A stretch of 64,000 bases of DNA from Azolla caroliniana (Eukaryota > Plantae > Polypodiophyta). Shown here piece by piece: positions 1 to 11,800 of the stretch; positions within the stretch are counted from its first letter, which is position 1; every line of letters starts with the position of its first letter. The stretch spans positions 15,810,001 through 15,874,000 of the forward strand of contig JBHGNT010000008.1 in the NCBI GenBank assembly GCA_043228905.1. Reading direction: 5' to 3'. A program made the position numbers and the translations under genes. The notes beneath the pieces are model-generated. The model did no database searches. It was not told the DNA's origin and saw only the letters and a list, made by a program, of their open reading frames with translations.

Positions 1-1944
1 CATTATCAGAGCTTGTGAGAAAACATGATATATAGTCCAAAAGTTAGCAAATGAACTTCTTTATGTTATTCACAATTCATAATGGACAAGTTACAAATTT
101 CAAGTAGCTTTTTAATGAAGAAGGGTAGTTTTTTCTAGAAGGATGTCTAGAAAATCATTTTACCACATCTAAATTTGTGGGCATTGGGAACTATTACGTA
201 CCAAATTTCTCACTATCTCAAGATCTTTATCTTAAAGGCAAGTTTGAAACACACTAAACCTAGATGCTTTTTTAACATTGTTTTTCTAGGCTCAAGCTAT
301 GGATTATGGCCCCCATCCCAAGAATCACTCAAAACACCATGATTAAAATGGTTCCTCTCTAACTTTTGGTATGTTAGACATGCCACCACTGTCCCTCATT
401 ATGGCTTATCTCTCCCCATTAAAAGAGTGCATTGGTGACCGTTTTCACAACTCCGTGGACTACACTATGTATGTACATTGTATACCAAGACAAACTAATA
501 ATTAGAGCACATCCATGAACATTGGCACCATATCAAAATTTCTTAATTAGAGCATTTGTAGAATGTTAAGTATTTTGCACTCAAGGATATTAGGCTTATT
601 TTCTTGAAGGAGATGGAGACACTCATATTTAGGGATGTCTCACATCCCATTTTAAACGACCACTATAACTTACCGAACAGAAGAATAATATCAAAGACCG
701 AAACCTAACTTCATTCTTCTATTTTCCATATTGTTTTATAGTAGTAGACAACATTAAAAAAAACCATATGCTTTGCCATATCCTACCATGTATTGGAAGA
801 TAATGTAGACAAAAGTAACATCTTATGGGAGTACTAAAGCCTTCTTACAAATAACATTGTTCACCTTTTATATACATGTGTGAGAGAAGTATCTTCCGAT
901 GAAGATACTCCTAAGAGGATATTCTTTCAACATCAAGATTGTTTCTACTTAGGAATATCCTTTTTCATTAGACATTGGATTCTAAGTGTACGGTATGGTC
1001 GAATGAGGAGCATCCTTGTTCGATATCATGTTGGTCTCATTTCAGAATATCTCTTGTCAAGATGCTCTATGAATTCAAGCGAAGAAGTTGTGTTAACACA
1101 TGCACACAAAATGATAAAACGTATTATTTCTTCTAATGCCACTTCCATTTACTCACTCGCCCTTCATCGAGTGTAGAGGAGATAAACCACACATGCAAAC
1201 ATCTGATAGAAGGCCTTGTGTCTCCTTTTACGCCACTTCCATGGGAATTGTTTCTTATAAGGAATACACATTTGAGGAAGGTATGGACATTGTAATCTTT
1301 TCTTCCAGGAATATAGATCTATCACGATGGAATCAAAGTGATGGTTTCAAAGGACAAACCGTCACAAAACCATTGAAATTGTTTCTTCTTGCTCTCAAAT
1401 ATCAAATCATCATACACACAAGTGACAACATGTTCCTCCTTCATTTGAGGGGGATGAAGAATTGCAAACATGAGAAGGCATCGTTTCTTCCATTGGTTTC
1501 GAAAGGAGAAGAATGAGACGATGAAAGTACACTCAAAATGTGAGGGAAAAGAACTCCATGCAATCAATATGGCTAACCATGCATAGAAAGTGATATATAG
1601 AAAAACATTGGTATCAATGATATGATGGAGCCAACACAAATAAGGGTGATTGTAATGTAAAATAAACACAAAGAATCTATACACAAACATATAGCTATAC
1701 CATAAAAATAATTTTTGTGTATATGTCAAATTGTTATGGAGATCATTTTACCATAAAAATAATGGAGGTGTTGTGGATTAACAACACCTCCATTCCTCTC
1801 TAATTATGAAGTGAGCTAAGATGTGTTAATTAGAGATGGTGATTCCGATAAAGGTTACAAATCGAGGTGTGCTCTAAGAATCAAGCACAAGAGTAAGGAG
1901 ATTACGAGTTCGAGATGTGTTGGGCACGAGATTATGATGGTAGC

Positions 1945-2385
1945 ATCGTTGAAGCATGTGTGATTAGGAGGCAATGGGCATTGTTTTAAGTGTGTGATTA
2001 CGGGGTAGCAACATTTGCTTAAGCGTGTGATTAGGAGATAGTAGCATCATATAAGTATGCAATTAGGGGGTAATAGTTGGTTTAAGCATTTGATTAGGAG
2101 CTTCGTTTTAAGCGTGTGATTAGGAGGTAGTAGCATCATATAAGCATGCACTTAGGGGGTAGCAGTGTGGTTTAAGCATGTGATTAGGAGCTACTACCAT
2201 GGTTTAAGCGTGTGATTAGGAGCTAGTACACATAGTTTAAGCGTGTAATTAGGAGGTAGCAGCATCGTTTAAGCATGTGATTAGGAGATACTACACATAG
2301 TTTAAGCATATAATTAGGAGGTAGCGGCATCGTTTAAGCATGTGATTAGGAGGTAGCGGCATCGTTTAAGCGTGTGATTAGGAGT
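1945..2385. repeat. Minisatellite, ~30-33 bp unit (consensus ~TTTAAGCRTGTGATTAGGAGGTAGCAGCATCG), roughly a dozen or more degenerate copies
   Basis: AAGC(A/G)TGTGATTAGG core recurs at ~30-bp spacing; copies are best conserved at the 3' end. Confidence 0.9.
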
Positions 2386-2437
2386 CGGACGTGCCTTCGA
2401 GGCCGGGCAAGGTCTAGCAGATAATGAGCCCTCACCT

Positions 2438-2472
2438 CCAATGAGAGCATGGCACGTGGCAAGTGACGTGGC
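2438..2472 (+). promoter_or_regulatory. CCAAT box plus paired G-box/ABRE-like elements (CACGTGGC, GACGTGGC) upstream of the DUF2358-like gene
   Basis: CCAAT at 2438, CACGTG at 2453 and GACGTGGC at 2465, ~110-150 bp upstream of the ATG at 2585. Motif match only. Confidence 0.4.
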
Positions 2473-2584
2473 CACGGTCCAAGCCTTAGATTGAATTGAA
2501 TTAAATTGCGAGAGAATGAGAGAAGGATTTTCAACAAAAAGCAGAGAGAAAAAGAGACACAGAGAGAGAGAGAGAGAGAGAGCT

Positions 2585-3873
2585 ATGGCAGAGCTTTCTT
2601 TCCTTCCCTTGCAAACCCTAAATCAGATCTCTCTTCACACAGAGAAAGGAAGAAGAGGAGGAAGAAGGAGAGGCCAGTTCCGCGCAGGAGGAGAATGTTT
2701 GGTTACCTGCACGGCTACCACCCCCCCTCCATCTCCTCTGCTACTTGTGAAATTAGGGCTTGATCAGAACCCTAGTTCAGAATATTGCACGAGAAGCTTC
2801 ATTCTTCGCCACTGCCACAACAACCCTCCCAACTATCTCCTCACAGAGGTGTCAGAAATGGAACCTGATTTGATGTTCTTATCTGATAGGAGTGCTCCTC
2901 CTTCCAATCACAAGCTTTTAGGCGATCTCGATGATATGTCTGCCCAAACCAGCTTCAATGGTATGTCCACCCAATTGGGCATCTACGACATACCTGACCG
3001 ACTCGATCACAGGTTCGCCCAAATTGACATTGTTGATGATATGTCATCCCCGGCCAGCCTCGGCTGTATTTCTGCGCGAACCTATATTGCTTTGTCCACC
3101 CAACTCGAGCTCGATACAGCCGTGAGAATGGGTAGAGAGAAAAAGCAAGAGAGCGAAGAACAGGATGATTTCTATGCAAATTTGGGGTCAGCCATCCGAA
3201 CCCTGCGAGAAGAGATGCCTCATCTCTTCTGTAGGGATCTCACATATGAGATTTACAGGTAAAATCAATGAAAGGTTCACATAATGAGAGATTGTGTATA
3301 GCTTTGTGAATGTTTTTCACACCACTTGCTACTTTCTTCATTTTTTGTAGGGATGATATAACTTTCCACGATCAGCGGAATAAATTCACAGGCATTGACA
3401 ACTACAAGCTCATGTTCTGGTCACTGCGCTTCCATGCCCGAATGTTCTTCAAAGTAATATGGGTCGAGGTTCTTCGTATCTGGCAACCATCAGACCGAGT
3501 TATAGTTGTGAAATGGGCGGTCCATGGTATACCCAGAGTGCCATGGAAAGCACAAGGGCTTTTTGAAGGAACCTCTGAATACAAGTTGGATAAGACCGGA
3601 AAGATCTACGAGCATAAGGTTGATAATCGTGCCAAAAATCAACCTCCTTTTCTTAGGACCCAGGATATGTTGAGGTTATTGTCACCGGTTCCCTGCGTCA
3701 CTCCTACCCCTACATTTTTTGAAAGAGTTCCGTTCCATACCTGGATGATTTCTAGCGATGCAATGGGGTCCAAATGTGTTCAGATTTTCTTAGACATGAA
3801 CCAATACAATAGAATGCCAAACAAATGCCTATCGGCTCAATCTCGATTAGTCTGGCAAGGGCTTCTCCATTGA
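2585..3873 (+). CDS. DUF2358-family (NTF2/SnoaL-like) protein, probably plastid-targeted; exons 2585-3258 and 3351-3873
   Basis: GT-AG intron 3259-3350 joins ...YEIY-R-DDITFHD... in frame. Motifs FYANLGSAIRTLREE, IYRDDITF, WQPS..VIVVKW.VHGIPRVPW and GTSEYKLD..GKIYEHKVDN are typical of plant DUF2358 proteins. Confidence 0.85.
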
Positions 3874-4529
3874 CGATATATATAATACAATTGCAAGTTT
3901 CTTATTTGGCATCATGAGCTTCATCATGGCAAAACTTCAAACGAATGCAAGCAGTTGAGGCCTATATGATGGTTGACTTTATTGTAAGGCCATGAAGTTT
4001 GAGTCAAGTTGTATATATGTAACCTCACAAGAGAATATTGTCCGACTCCATTATATGGTCATGAAGTCAAGCAAGAGAGCATGCCTCTTAAGAGATCAAC
4101 AAACAGACCATGTGAACTTATCATTGTAGTACATGATTTTCTATGCCATCATCTTGTAAGTTGTATGTATCTCTTGGTGTCTTATGGTATCTTGTGGTTC
4201 CACACCATAGACATGTTGTAAGATTATAGTGTACTATACACTAATGTAATATATGAACAAAAACAAGGCTATTTTGAGTAACGCCATGTGACAATCTATG
4301 GGAACCTATCATAATTTATGCTATTCTATGCCACCATCCAAAAGATTTCTTGATCTCCATCTGCCTTTATGTTTTGTGACCCGAATGAGTACAAACTCCT
4401 TCAGAAACTTGTTCATGTCTTTATAGTTTGTGACATGAATGAGTACAGAGTTCCAAAAAGATATCATAAGCATATTAAATGGGTTGGTTGCTCATGCGTA
4501 ACATATATGAAAGTTTATTTTAGAATTTT

Positions 4530-4535
4530 TGTGTT

Positions 4536-4612
<77 letters not shown>
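4530..4612. repeat. Compound (GT)n(GA)n microsatellite
   Basis: Seen directly. Confidence 0.95.
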
Positions 4613-4616
<4 letters not shown>

Positions 4617-5171
4617 TTATGATCCTCCTCAAAGGTCCAATATGAGGTATGGACTGGAGTGAAACTTTTTGTGTGGCATTGGTAATCAACTCTTGATGTT
4701 AAAGATTTTTACTAAGGAAAGTTGCAACCATGAGTGTGTCCTATTGTGACTCAAAGATAAATGTGTTGGGATGGGTGGAAGTTTAAAAACAAACTCAAAT
4801 GTGCTTCAAGGCCACACATTGAAGTAATGTCTCATGCAAACTTGTTCATCAGAAGTTCTAGAGAAACATGCATAGTCAATGGGTCTCGACTCTCCTCATC
4901 GATGCCTAGCACACACCCTATCTCAAATAGAAGACAATGTGAGCTAATTCACATGGCAGCAATGGTGCAAAGGGTAGACAAAGAAATTGTACATAGCATG
5001 TATGGCTGACTGCATAAATGATCTAAAATTTCCACCCTTGAAATAAAACAGGTATGAAAATGAGGAGACAAGCTTTATTGGATAAATGTATTATACAATA
5101 GAGCATGAAGTCTAGAGTCTAGACTCCACTTCCAATAAAATACAGAAGTTACAACCAGTGCTTCCACTTTA

Positions 5172-8032
5172 TTACAATCCAAAAGCTTCAGGGGGAGGAG
5201 GCTCAAGCTTCACTCCTCTCGAATCCAAAAGTTGCACTAAAACAAGATAAGCAACTCCAAGAATAACCGCAATGGCTCCAGTAATTATTGCAGTTGTCTG
5301 ACCTTTCTCCACTTCTGCTCTAGCTGTAATGTAGAAAATTCTCTCTTTTTTTGGGTGAAAGATATCATTTGATTCATACATGCGCAGTAAATTGAAGGTT
5401 ACACTTTCAAAGATTCACAATAAGGCTAAATAATTGCATTATGAACAATAAATAATGAGCCAGATGAAACGGTTAAAAGCCTCAAATACCTTGGGATTGA
5501 GATCCTTCCAATCATACCTTGGGCATGACTTGCCACTTGGTTTTATATCCAAAACACAGAGTCCATAAACACTACAGAGTTCCTATATTTTAGGTGCCAA
5601 TAATGTCAGTCTTATTAAAATAGGGATAACATTCTACAAACAAAGTTTGTGCATGATTGTTGCACTTACTACATGTGGTTGTTTCTATTCTTCACAGTTT
5701 TCCACCAACGAATTACGTCATACAGAATTTGTCTATCATCTTCCAAGTGTCCTTTACTTATCAAACATGTAGCTAATCACTTGACTTGTGCCAATCCATT
5801 TTTCCTTTTCAAGTGATTTTCCTTTCAACTATAAATTGAATTCTTCCCATCTAATTTTAGATGACATTAAAAAGGCTAAATTTGAATCTGCTCCACTTAT
5901 TGAATCTCACATTATTATCCATTCTTCCGTTGTTCTCATTTTGAAATAGCAAATATGTAAATTTGTTAATATACCTCCTTTTCCTATTTGAGAACACCGT
6001 CACTATCACGGGTAAAGTACAAACTATGGGAAAAAAACTTTGGAGTGGTACCCTGGTCTCTATACATTTTCTTATTGGGACTGACATCACTTTCTGCTGA
6101 CTCATTATACCTCACTGCTAGCAACAATCAGAGACAACCAAGTTTCAGGAGACACAAGTCATGGTCGGATCCAAATGGATGACACATATATTTAGATGCT
6201 TTATGGATGTAGATAAAATCAAAACCTAGTTTAACACCACTCAAACATGGGTAATCAGATCAGGTCGTCATTTCTTATTAGAAGGGAAATGTCTTGACTT
6301 TCAAATGATCTTACATGTTAGGAATCACATTTCCAGAGACAACCTCAGCTATACTTTCACGGAGGGTATGCAGCTCTTGGTAACCTTGAGAGAAAACATG
6401 GAACATATTTAGTTTCACAAACCACAGGCAGAGTTGTGGTTCTTTTATAAACTTGTCACATTGACTCTCCTCTATGGGTGATTAATGAGACAGTTCACGT
6501 ATAGATGTGAATCCCCAATAGTTAAAGTGGCACCATTTCAAGTCCATAACAAGATGAGAGCATTCCCGATAATTAATGAAGCCCTATTTTGAGATGTGAG
6601 CTGTTACACTTGGCAGATTTGAGATTCCTGAAAGAAGATATCCAAGATTGGCACAGATGCTACTACAACAGATGACAAAACAAGGGAATACTCGGTGTTT
6701 GTGAGCTCAAAAATGAATAATTGATTTCAACCACATTGAAAAAGTAACAACACACTACCCCTCTTCCTATATATCCTAGATTATCCACACCTGAATGTGT
6801 CTCAAGTGGAGATGAATCGAGTGATCCTAACTGGATATGGTCACATTATTTGTGCCTGGTTTTACACATGTCATTTGATGGATTTAATCATCCAACCCTA
6901 TATTATTGGTACCGAACCCTCTCACAAGCTTCAAGCATGAGCTCTCAACAGCTTTACAAATTGTTTCACATTGAGGCAAGCCAACAATCACACAGGTTTG
7001 ATAGTGAAACCATACGGGCATCATATTTACCATTGGACTATTTACTATGAAATAATGGGAACATACCACATCCTCCTAGCGTAAGGCCTTAGCCCATTGT
7101 GCAAAGTAATGGAATACATAGATCTATGATGCTTGGGATCACTCTTGTTGCAGACCAAGAGACATAAGAAAAGAAACTTCTGAAGACATGAAAATATACA
7201 CAAATCCATATCAGCAAAACACACTCACAGCCTTCTTCACTACTATGACTTCTTGGCAAATCCCCTACTACAGTTGAGCCAAGGGGAGCATCTGCAAGGA
7301 CCCGATCAAAGAAATCCAAAAGAATCACGTCACCATGGATCGGACAATGGCAATTTATTGGGTATGCAGGCCACAGCCTTGAGACCCTTGCCATCACTAA
7401 ATCAAGGCCATCATCACCCGACATAAATGGTGATTTCCCCACTCTAGAATCATCTCCATGTTCGGCCATCTATGTTGGAAACCTTTGAAAGACAAGTTTC
7501 TTGTCAGTTTATGTAAATTTGAATATCTACATTTTGGTAGAGGTTCATTGCATGTCCAAGTTCTCATACCTTCAGCCAAATGATTGTGGGATAGCTGCTT
7601 TAACAAATTTGAATCCTTACTTTTTTTGTCATTATCCAAGATAAGGCAACAATTTTAGATGCAATCTCTTGGCGGAACTTAGGCCATTTTGGCTTCTTCT
7701 ACACATCAACACTTATCAAAAGGCAAGTCCTCTATGGTGAAGCTAACAAGGGATTGATTTATACGTTTATCAGGTGTTACCTTAGCAACAAAATCAGGGA
7801 TGCTCTCCATGGCAAAACAATGAACGATACTCTCCATGGCAAAACAATCAGGGATTGACCAACTTGTGAAAACATTAAATATTTGTTAAATATGTAGAAT
7901 ACATTTTGAGATGGCAGTTCTAAGATGTAGAATACATGTTAAATACTTGAGTATTCTAAAACATATTCTATACATAAAATAGTGCTTTTTAGCAACCATA
8001 GTTTGAAGATGCTAACATATATATGATATACA

Positions 8033-8065
<33 letters not shown>

Positions 8066-8768
8066 GTGTATATATCATGCAAAAACATTGTGGCATTGAT
8101 CGCCTGTATCATTGAAAGACACCATTTCAGTTTAATTGAGTAGATATAACTATTCTTGTTTGACTCTTATAAACATCTATGTACAGGCTTTCCTAGTAGA
8201 TTGTAGTCTGATTAATCATTTCTTTCATTGTTCTCAAAGATCAATCATCTTAAATTATAACCCCATATTGGAGAGACCAGTGTTTCATAGAAAACCAAAT
8301 TTAGAGTAAACTTGAATGCAGAAAAGTCTCCAAGTTTTGAGACGCTCTAGAAGAAAATTTGCTAAAGAGATTGATACTTTCTCTTGCTTTTTTCTTCTCA
8401 GGGATAATTTCCTCATTTGGTATGTACAGGTTCCAATCCATGACAAAGGAATGGGGGATGGATCCCCTTTCGAAACATTTATTACTTTTCTCATAGCTAT
8501 ACACGTTCAGGCACAATAAGAATCAAGTGTTTCCATCATCTTGAAACAGCGAAGTGTACCACAATCCAGATATGGCAAAATCTTACCACAATCAGTAAAT
8601 GGCAGAGTCTTTCGCGATCCAGAAAGAACCAGAGTGTTGCCACATTCCAGAACGACCAACCAAGTGGTGTTATCATGATCCAGAAACAACTAAGTATACG
8701 ATGATCCAGAAACGACTAAGTATTACCACAATCCAGAAACAACGAAGTGTTAGCACAATCTGAGATAC

Positions 8769-8849
<81 letters not shown>

Positions 8850-11800
8850 TAAATATGAGCAAAGTGGAAAAGAATAGAGTGATCTGAACTGATATTATTA
8901 ACTTGGAAAACAAGATAACATGGATCAGCCCCAAAATACCACTTGGTACGAAGATGGCCCACTAGAAGACACACTTCTTACACACATTGGAGGATGGATT
9001 CATCATCAGGCCACCTTATATGGACATACATCTATCCTATGCGCTGCGTAGTGTGATAGGGCAGTTGTGAACTTCATCACATCAGTTACAGAATGAGGTA
9101 GGCAAATATACACAACTACCTCTAGAAGAGAGAATTTGCCAATTGTGTCATCAAGGAGTGGAATCCGAAGAACACTATGTTTGTCACTATAGTGTCTTTT
9201 ATGAAATCAGAGGGAGATACCATTGCCTCTTTAAACAAGGCTTTGGCCCACTACGCAAGGTAATGGAATATGAGGACCAATGGTGCTTAGGACTTTTGTT
9301 ACCGGCCGGCAAGGAGTCCAAAATACGGAGTGAAGGAATTAATTAAGTATGGTTGTAAATGAGCATAGTGTGGACGGACGGACTGGAAACGGTATGCCGT
9401 TCCAGATCCGGACGGATCCCGAATAGGTGCGATAGGCACCGTTTTGTACTACGGGCCGGAAACCTATTTAAAGGCCCGGACCCCATTGTAATTGCAGCGG
9501 ATAATTAATAGAGCGTATGGTGTTTATACTTCTGTGTTGATTTCCGTTCTGTAATTACTGTTATATCTTACGCGTGTAATTAACAAAAGCGCTCTAATCG
9601 TGTAACCTACTTAAGTCGGTGTAATCGTTGAGTCATAATCCTATGCCGTAATCACCCTTTGGTGAAGTGTCTCCGTGACACCTTGTGTTAGGCCTTGTCC
9701 GGTCAGAGAACAACACAGTTTTGGCGACCACGATTCCTGCTTTCTCGCAGCGAACGACGGCTTAATGGATGACTAGACCAACGCACGACCTGGTTACAGA
9801 CCGAGCTCGACGCCTCGCCGAACCGCAAAGACGGCGTGAGACTTTCCAGCAAGCAGCGCACGAAATTCGCTCGGATCGTTCGTTCTCCAACGTGATCCGG
9901 AGAGTCGCGGAGGAATCTCTTCGGTTACAGCAAACTCGCGACCAGGACGACGGAAGCGGTCTAAGTAGTCTCCGGGAAACCGAACGCCTCCTCGAGGCGT
10001 TGGCAAGCGGAGAAAACGAGGCAGAAGCCTTTTCAGCCTACGAATCGGATTCCGAAGGGGGATACAACGTGCACACGAACTACCGGAGCAGCAACGATAC
10101 CCCCGGCGGCCCGGAGGACGACGGGTCGGATACCGTGCCGACTCCAGAACCGGAACCGTTCGACCAGGGCTATCCGGAACCGCAAACGGAAGCCGTCAAC
10201 CCACCAACACCGGAAGTGGAAGAAGCAAAGCCACCGACACCAACGAAAGAGCCGGCGAAGGTACCGGAAGAAGAGCCGGTGAAGGAACCGGAAGAAGAGC
10301 CGGTGAAGGAACCGGAAGAAGAACCGGAAAAAGAACCGGAAAAAGAACCGGAAGTGGAACCGGAGAGAAAACCGGAAAGATATCAACAAACGCCACTAAA
10401 CCGCGGCCTAATACTGGACGACGACATGCCGTTCCAATACTCAAAGTATCGCGATGATCCGGACGCGGAAGCGCATGTTCATGCCTTCGAGCAGACATGG
10501 GAACCAAATCACGCGTCCCAGCGATTGACACCGGAGGAAGAAGAACGCTCGAAGATAGCGGAATTCGGGGTCACGTTGGAAGGACCAGCGGCACGATGGC
10601 GGCGGACGCAGGACCCGGCGACCATCACAACCTTTGCAGAATTAAAAGCAAAATTCTTGCATTTTTTCCACAAGGAGGTCGACCAGACGATAATGGTGGG
10701 CCTGTTTTATACGATCCGACAGGAGGCAGGGGAAAGCATTCCCCAATTCGTCATCCGTTTCCAACGAATGCATAGCCAGCTTGCCCGTGCACCCCCGGAG
10801 GAGGAATTACGGACGATATTTTTAAACGCACTCCGGGAACCGTTACGCACGGTGTGTACGGTGATCGACTTTCGAGGAAGCACCATTGACCAGGTCATTG
10901 ACCGGGTCAGAGAAATGGAAAAGTCAAGCTCATGGCTTACACTGGGAGCACTGCAACGGGCGTTACCCACCGATGAAGATCTCCGGTTCCGGCAGGCAAT
11001 TCAATGCACAATCTGCTTGAATGCCGGACACTCGGCAGTGGAGTGCACCATGCGAACCCAGTGTGTGATTTGTCAATCCAAGAGTCATACAACGGACCGG
11101 TGCGAGTATAACCTGCTAAACCGACAAGCACCACCCGTCCGACGGATCGAGCCAAGAAGCAGCCGAGACGAAGATGAAGATCGTTGGCAAAGAATGAACC
11201 GGTACCGACCGGCACAGGATGTCCGGTACGGAGACAGACAAGAGAATGATGGCCGGTACGGGGATCGGCATGATAACTACGACCGGTATGAGCGATCGGA
11301 CCGTTATCGGGAGTCCAACAGACGAGACGAGCAATACGACAGAGACCATTCCCCTGGTTACCGAAGGCACCAGGAGGACTACGGCCGATTTTACGATCCA
11401 CCACGACAGGACTACCGAAATAAAAATAAGAATAATAAGAAACGTAATTTCAAGAAAGGTGGTCACCCTAGGGACCCGGAACATGGAACCCCAAGGAGCC
11501 AACCGGCACAGAACGCACCACTCACTACGGGACCGACTCCGGCTACCAGCAATGCTGAATCCAGCAATACCCGTAAAGCGTACTGCTACTACTGCAGGCA
11601 GGAAGGCCACTACAGTAACCAGTGCCCGGCAAAGAGCTACAATAAACGACCAGCAGTTAATATGGTGGTTCCGGAAGTGGCGGATTTACAGCAAGTAACC
11701 ACACGGTCGAAAGGCATGGCCAAAGAGTGGGAAACACAAGAGGCCATACGAAAGCAGGCGACGGAATGGGTGAAGGAAGCCAATGAAAGGAACGTCGCGG

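Noticed and set aside
880-1729. Short ORFs at the window start
   Set aside because: No recognisable domain or splice structure; probably decayed TE sequence.
1945-2385. Repeat array as CRISPR or telomere
   Set aside because: Eukaryotic context, contiguous units without unique spacers, no cas genes. TTAGG is embedded in a longer unit rather than tandem telomeric repeats.
2516-2584. Upstream ATG extension of the DUF2358 ORF
   Set aside because: Runs through a (GA)n tract typical of a 5' UTR; the ATG at 2585 gives a more plausible transit peptide.
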